Shown: positions 53,977 to 64,000 of the stretch, one piece after another
How positions within the stretch are numbered: the first letter of the stretch is position 1
How the letters are laid out: the number at the start of each line of letters is the position of its first letter
Assembly (NCBI RefSeq): GCF_003918875.1
Contig: NW_025767224.1
Coordinates: 806,001 to 870,000 of the forward strand
Reading direction: 5' to 3'
Origin: Haliotis rubra
Taxonomy: Eukaryota
Length of the DNA stretch: 64,000 nucleotides
Notes under the pieces: model-generated
What the model was told of the DNA's origin: nothing
Seen by the model: the letters and a program-made list of their open reading frames with translations, nothing else
Databases searched by the model: none
Program-made: the position numbers and the translations under genes

Positions 53977-54642
53977 TACGGAGAGTACAATAATTACAAA
54001 TATTATATATATTTTAACATTATTTTAATTCAGTGGCTATTGAAAGAAATCAATACATCATTAGATGTGCTGGATGAGATACAGCCACCCCGTGTTTCCC
54101 CGGGACATTATTTACACACTGAATATATATTCTACAGGTACTATAGGTTCCAGGAACTAATTTGTCTGAAGACGATGTTCATGAAGGTCGTCCATGTTAT
54201 ACGGTCCATGCATTCTAGGATGTGTGTAATGCCACCAAGTAGTGTCACCAAGTAGTTCATTCTCCACACAATCTTCCAGAAGCAAATATTGACTGACTGT
54301 AATCATGTAATGCCATTCTGAAGCTTCACAAACCGCAAATGACTACAATTTTTCGTATCCTGCGAGATGGCTTGCAGACAAGATTGTCGTAATGTTTCGG
54401 CACACTCAGCTAAAAAACCTCGTCGGCGGACATGATAGGTAGGTACATGTGATGTGTTTGAAACGGAATTTAAGGTCATTATCTCTTTATCATGTAATGC
54501 CATCCTGAATTAGATACAATTTTTCAAAAAAGTGTTCGTATCCTGCCAAACGGCTTGCAGACAATATTGTCGTTATGTTTCGCAGGCACATTGAAAGGTC
54601 CTCTAGTCGTAAGGGGAAGGTTTGGCGGTTGAAAAGAAGGGA

Positions 54643-55375
54643 CCCCACACGTTAAATTTCGGACTGTACTTTGGGCACTGATACAAAGGTTTTTCAGTTT
54701 GATTGGTCCAGAATTTCAGTGTATTAGGAAACAGACACACAGAACTTTCATCTGAGAAAATCACATTGTCCCAGTTAAAATTTCTATGCTGTAAGCACCA
54801 GTTCAACCTTCGCTCCTTTTGTTCAGGTTTCATGATCGGTGATGGAATTCCTCGACTTTTCTGACAACCCATTGCATGCAGCTCAGTTCTAATTGTCTCC
54901 TTACAGACAGCCACAGTTCCTCTATTAATCTTATCCAGCCTTAAGTTTTCTAAACTCCTTCGTTTGTTTTTAGAAACAGGAATACCAAGCCGCCTCCTGT
55001 CACCGACAGTCAATTTTCTGGGCCTACCGTCGCCTCCCTGGTGCTCAATGCCATATCCATTTGCAATATGGATAAACAGTGGACAAAGGGATGCCTGTTC
55101 TACTTGAAATCACTTTAGCTGATCTGATGTCCTTGTTATAATACTCTAAAATCAACTTCCTCGTCTCTAAATCATCTATATACTGAGGATCACTGAAAAT
55201 GTCGTCTGCTAGCAAGTAAACAAAGGGGGATAACTCTTCACAAACTAATGAAAAAGGGTTAACGGAGTTGTCTCTCTTGAATGAAACCAAGCATTTGATA
55301 GCTGTTCAAGGTTGTTTATACTAGAAATCCAATTAAACATATTCCTAAAATTCTCAATAATTTCTGGTCATACTA
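54643..55375 (-). mobile_element. Truncated duplicate of the Tc1 element (3' half and one TIR deleted)
   Basis: Aligns to 44749-45472; junction GAAGGGA|CCCCACACG. Confidence 0.9.
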
Positions 55376-57520
55376 TACAGTGCTAGCCTACTAATACACC
55401 ACGCCACAGTTTAGCATGAATACCCAACTCAAACCCAGCATACTGACTTCGAGCCGACCAGTCCTTGATGTAGTTCCCTTATGCCGAGTGCCAGCCAGGG
55501 TAACAACAAGTACTATCTTTTACCGCCGCGGCTCGGGATCGAACCTCGACCCCAACTTTCTGAGTCACACAAGACCACGGAGGCAGCCCAATGTCAGACG
55601 TCATATGGCTAATCTACCCTGTGTGTAGCTCTTGTGTAGCCCATAATATACCGTACATTGTATGTAATTTGTACATTATTTTCAACCAACTTGGGTAGTA
55701 AAACAAATGAAGAATAAACATATATCAACTGCATGAATTATCACGATAACCTTATGTATTTTATGTCTTCGAGCAGTGTAAAACCCTACAAACATATAAA
55801 ATGTATCATTTACGATTTAATGGATATGGTGAGGGTGGGGTGGGGTAGATACTGAGGGAGCTGGACATTCCCACGGACAATTGTATTCCTTTAAAGCTTT
55901 GACTTTCTCACTATTCTCGATGTTGAGAAATTATTACCCAGTTAGAGCCCTGGGATTAGCGCTGAAATAGAGACCTAAACTGTCAAATCACTCAGTGCCA
56001 ACTCATGATCGATGGATATTCAATAATTTGAAGTCAAAGATGGAGTCGAATAAATTTCAGCATCAATAAGCAATATGTTCTAGAAACTTACCATGAAGAA
56101 AGTTCTCGAACGATGAAGCTTTACATTTTCAAACAACCAGTGGTGGATGACAATATTTTCCAAAACAAACCTGACTACTCTTCATGCTGAAGAGTCTTTC
56201 ATCCACGAAACCTGACGAATTAACGACCCAGAGTAAGGTCCACAACCCCTAGTCAATATCGATATGTCACCAGCCATACTTCACGAAGCTAACAATAACA
56301 GTTGAAGAGTCCAATGTTTAGTTTTAGAACGATAATAATTTCATGGATGTGTGTTTGATGCGATTGAGGAAGACACGTGCCTATATAGTAGTGAAGTCTC
56401 TACAAGGCAAGTTTGACATTAATGAGCACGTTACATCGTGTTTTTTGTATACTGTTATATTTGACTCCAGATATAGCAGTGAGTGAGTCTACGTTGCTTA
56501 TCGCCATATTCCAGCCACAGCACGTCGGGGTACACTGGAAACGGGCTTCACAGGGGCCTTTGTTATGGCGAGTAAACGCTTTTACCAAAACATTTCCCTA
56601 CTGAGTCCAGATGTATTGACAGTGTCTCTGATTAAAAAATGCAAGTTTAGTATGGAAAGAAGATTCTAACAGCTAAAGCTTTTCGGTGAAGGTTAAATCC
56701 CAGTAACGGAGGTGACAAGAGCTGCGTGACGCCACAACCACCAATCTGTGTATCGTGGTTTATGTACGCTTCTTTTGTTAAGTGGAGTTTTAATGGCGGG
56801 AAAATATTGGTAATATGTTCGTAGTAGCTGTCATTGGCGGCAATTGATTGAAACTTTTAGTACCAAACACCAATTAGATCCCGTCGCGGGCAGATTGGGA
56901 CAGCAGTACAGCAGCGAATAGAGCTTTGAACATTTTAAGGTTGGTTTTGTGCTGGAATGAGATTGATCTGCCCTTTTTGTTCAAATGGACATGGATACCC
57001 ATGAAGGCCCGGGTTAGAATAGGTCTCACTCGTGAAGGAACGAGTTAGAATTGGTCTTCGGCAACCCGTGCTTGTCGTAAAAGGCTACTAACGGGATCGG
57101 AAGGCCAGGTTCGCTGACACAACAGATCCATCAAGGCTCCCAGTAACATACGTTACTATATCCCATCAGTTGTAACTACAGGAAGAACACAGAAACTTTC
57201 GTCTTTCGTATCATTTCATTTCATATCAACTGTCTTTAAGTTGGGGACAATGAAATAGACTTCAAATAGTATATTATTTTTTCACGATATTGTCTTCCCA
57301 TAATAACGAAAGCAACGGACAAACATCGTTTTCCGCTATTGTTTATTCTTTCATTCCTCCAAAGGGAATATTTGAGAGTCAGGTATGGGTATCACTAATA
57401 CTCCTCTCCTCTGATCTTCCCATGTTCATGATTGCAAATCAAACAGAAGAGGAAACATTTTGAGCATTTTTTATTCGGTCGTGCCATTCAGGCAACATTT
57501 GAGTGTCATTTGTGGTAGCA

Positions 57521-60083
<2,563 letters not shown>

Positions 60084-60240
60084 GGTTGTTGTAGGTAGAT
60101 GTGGACCTCACGTGGACTGCAAGTTGTCTGGGGTGAGAAAGTCTGATGTTGAGAGCAGGTGCCCGGACACTTATATACAGCTTGACAGCCGGTTGTCGAG
60201 AAAGTTGATCCGTAACAACCGTTGCTAAGCTCATAAGCCG
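60084..60240 (-). promoter_or_regulatory. Proximal promoter and 5'UTR of copy 7 (TATATAA 60177-60171)
   Basis: Reverse complement of the conserved block. Confidence 0.8.
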
Positions 60241-60649
60241 TCGTCCGACCTAATTAGTACTTGTTTGAGTCAGTTTCAGTCTGCCGTGAAGGATGCCTGT
60301 ACTGTCCGAGGTATAAAGTAGGTGTTCACGGAAGAGCTAAAGGGTAATTACTTGCCCAATAATTACACTTAATTCTGCCATCAAATCAGGCCCCTGCGGA
60401 TATGATACTGTAGTATATCTAATATGTGATGTGTTTGATACGGAATACGAGGCCGTTATTTCTATGAAGAATGAATGATCTGTATTTCCTCCATTGGTTA
60501 CTGAGAGTACAATAATTACAAATATTACATATATGTTAACATTATTGTAAAACAATGGCTATTGAAAGAAATTAATACATCATTAGATGTGCTGGGTGAG
60601 ATACAGCCATCCCGTGTTTCCCCGGGACATTATTTACACACTGAATATA

Positions 60650-60670
60650 TACTCATGCCAATAATAGTTG

Positions 60671-60750
<80 letters not shown>

Positions 60751-60854
60751 CCTCTTCCCTCCCCTCCCCCCAACACCCCAACACACCCCAAACCCCACAC
60801 CCCCTCTCCAATAAAAAAATTTGAAGGGGGTGACAACCATTATTGGCATGAGTA
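60650..60854. mobile_element. TA-flanked Tc1/mariner-type MITE carrying a (CA)~35 microsatellite
   Basis: TIR TACTCATGCCAATAATAGTTGTC / GACAACCATTATTGGCATGAGTA (1 mismatch in 23); TA on both sides; exact empty site at 54119-54135. Confidence 0.8.
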
Positions 60855-61371
60855 TATATTCTACAGGTACTATAGGTTCCAGGAACTGATTTGTCTGAAG
60901 ACGATGTTCATGAAGGTCGTCCATGTTGTACGGTCCGTGCATTCTAGGATGTGTGTAATGCCACCAAGTAGTGTCACCAAGTAGTTCATTCTCCACACAA
61001 TCTTCCAGAAGCAACCATCCATGGACTGTAATTATGTAATGCCATTCTGAAGCTTCACAAACCGCAAATGACTACAATTTTTCGTATCCTGCGAGATGGC
61101 TTGCAGACAAGATTGTCGTAATGTTTCGGCACACTCAGCTAAAAAACCTCGTCGGCGGACATGATAGGTAGGTACAGGTGATGTGTTTGAAACGAAATAT
61201 AAGGTCATTATCTCTTTATCATGTAATGCCATCCTGAATTAGATACAATTTTTCAAAAAAGTGTTCGTATCCTGCCAAACGGCTTGCAGACAATATTGTC
61301 GTTATGTTTCGCAGGCACATTGAAAGGTCCTCTAGTCGTATTGGGAAGGTTTGGCGGTTGAAAAGAAGGGA

Positions 61372-62102
61372 CCCCACACGTTAAATTTCGGACTGTACTT
61401 TGGGCACTGATACAAAGGTTTTTCAGTTTGATTGGTCCAGAATTTCAGTGTATTAGGAAACAGCCACACAGAACTTTCATCTGAGAAAATCACATTGTCC
61501 CAGTTAACATTTCTATGCTGTAAGCACCAGTTCAACCTTCGCTCCATTTGTTCAGGTTTCATGATCGGTGATGGAATTCCTGGACTTTTCTGCCAACCCA
61601 TTGCATGCAGCTCAGTTCTAATTGTCTCCTTACAGACAGCCACAGTTCCTCTATCAATCATATCCAGCCTTAAGTTTTCTAAACTCCTTCGTTTGTTTTT
61701 AGAAAAAAGAATACCAAGCCGCCTCCTGTCACCGACAGTCAATTTTCTGGGCCTACCTGCGCCTCCCTGGTGCTCAATGCCATATCCATTTGCAATATGG
61801 ATAAACAGTGGACAAAGGGATGCCTGTTCTACTTGAAATCACTTTAGCTGATCTGATGTCCTTGATATAATACTCTAAAATCAACTTCATCTTCTCTAAA
61901 TCATCTATACTGAGGATCACTGAAAATGTCGTCTGCTAGCAAGTAAACAAAGGGGGATAACTCTTCACAAACTAATGAAAAAGGGTTAACGGAGTTGTCT
62001 CTCTTGAATGAAACCAAGCACTTGATAGCTGGTCAAGGTTGTTTATACTAGAAATCCAATTAAACATATTCCTAAAATTCGCAATAATTTCTGGTTATAC
62101 AA
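61372..62102 (-). mobile_element. Second truncated duplicate of the Tc1 element, same deletion junction
   Basis: GAAGGGA|CCCCACACG junction identical to 54643. Confidence 0.9.
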
Positions 62103-64000
62103 AACAGTGCTAGCCCACTAATACACCACGCCACATTTTAGCATGAATACCCAACTCAAACCCAGCATACTGACTTCGAGCCGACCAGTCCTTGATGTAG
62201 TTCCCTTATGCCGAGTGCCAGCCAGGGTAACAACAAGTACTATCTTTTACCGCCGCGGCTCGGGATCGAACCTCGACCCCAACCTTCTGAGTCACACAAG
62301 ACCACGGAGGCAGCCCAATGTCAGTCGTCATATGGCTAATCTACCCTGTGTGTAGCTCTTGTGTAGCCCATAATATACCGTACATTGTATGTAATTTGTA
62401 CATTATTTTCAACCAACTTGGGTAGTAAAACAAATGAAGAATAAACATATATCAACTGCATGAATTATCACGATAACCTTATGTATTTTATGTCTTCGAG
62501 CAGTGTAACACCCTACAAACATATAAAATGTATCATTTACGATTTAATGGATATGGTGAGGGTGGGGTGGGGTAGATACTGAGGGAGCTGGACATTCCCA
62601 CGGACAATTGTATTCCTTTAAAGCTTTGACTTTCTCACTATTCTCGATGTTGAGAAATTATTACCCAGTTAGAGCCCTGGGATTAGCGCTGAAATAGAGA
62701 CCTAAACTGTCAAATCACTCAGTGCCAACTCATGATCGATGGATATTCAATAATTTGAAGTCAAAGATGGAGTCGAATAAATTTCAGCATCAATAAGCAA
62801 TATGTTCCAGAAACTTACCATGAAGAAAGTTCTCGAACGATGAAGCTTTACATTTTCAAACAACCAGTGGTGGATGACAATATTTTCCAAAACAAACCTG
62901 ACTACTCTTCATGCTGAAGAGTCTTTCATCCACGAAACCTGACGAATTAACGACCCAGAGTAAGGTCCACAACCCCTAGTCAATATCGATATGTCACCAG
63001 CCATACTTCACGAAGCTAACAATAACAGTTGAAGAGTCCAATGGTTAGTTTTAGAACGATAATAATTTCATGGATGTGTGTTTGATGCGATTGAGGAAGA
63101 TACGTGCCTATATAGTAGTGAAGTCTCTACAAGGCAAGTTTGACATTAATGAGCACGTTACATCGTGTTTTTTGTATACTGTTATACTTGACTCCAGATA
63201 CAGCAGTGAGTGAGTCCTCATCTACGTTGCTTATCGCCATATTCCAGCCACAGCACGTCGGGGTACACTGGAAACGGGCTTCACAGGGGCCTTTGTTATG
63301 GCGAGTAAACGCTTTTACCAAAACGTTTCCCTACTGACTCCAGATGTATTGACAGTGTCTCTGATTAGATAATGCAAGTTTAGTATGGAAAGAAGATTCT
63401 AACAGCTAAAGCTTTTCGGTGAAGGTTAAATCCCAGTAACGGAGGTGACAAGAGCTGCGTGACGCCACAACCACCAATCTGTGTATAGTGGTTTATGTAC
63501 GCTTCTTTTGTTAAGTGGAGTTTTAATGGCGGGGAAAATATGGGTAATATGTTCGTAGTAGCTGTCATTGGCGGCAATTGATTGAAACTTTTAGTAACAA
63601 ACACCAATTAGATCCCGTCGCGGGCAGATCGGGACAGCAGTACAGCAGCGAATAGAGCTTTGAACATTTTAAGGTTGGTTTTGTGCTGGAATGAGATTGA
63701 TCTGCCCTTTTTGTTCAAATGAACATGGATACCCATGAAGGCCCGGATTAGAATAGGTCTCACTCGTGAAAGAACGTGTTAGAATTGGTCTTCGGCAACC
63801 CGTGCTTGTCGTAAAAGGCGACTAACGGGATCGGAAGGCCAGGTTCGCTGACACAACAGATCCATCAAGGCTCCCAGTAACATACGTTACTATATCCCAT
63901 CAGTTGTAACTAGTGGTTGCAACGCGTATTAGAAGAAGAACACAGAAACTTTCGTCTTTCGTATCGTTTCATTTCATATCAACTGTCTTTAAGTTGGGGA

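Overview
Eukaryotic, AT-rich, repeat-dense genomic DNA. It is most likely a gastropod mollusc: the SINEs resemble abalone-type families as I recall them, but I could not verify this. The window holds a tandem array of seven 3-exon alpha-tubulin genes (ATG-only exon 1, 223-nt exon 2, 1130-nt exon 3; 451 aa; MREC N-terminus, K40, EEY C-terminus). Four are older + strand copies, and copy 1 has a +1 frameshift. Three are younger - strand copies that face them tail-to-tail and sit in ~6.5-7.6 kb near-identical duplication units; an eighth copy is predicted just past the right edge. All seven share a ~150-bp TATA/5'UTR promoter block with RFX X-box-like sites. The spacers hold a Polinton/adintovirus-type integrase relic, RTEX-like and CR1-like LINEs, a Crypton (tyrosine recombinase) relic, a near-intact Tc1 DD34E element plus two truncated duplicates, an Academ-type element with ~1.3-1.5 kb inverted arms, a Kolobok-like MITE, tRNA-SINEs, several minisatellites and a 129-N gap. 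I see no new enzyme system. The most notable signal is evolutionary: coding exons look shuffled and homogenised across all copies independently of their introns (exon-restricted gene conversion). This yields five protein isotypes that differ combinatorially at only four residues, plus chimeric or duplicated 3' ends.
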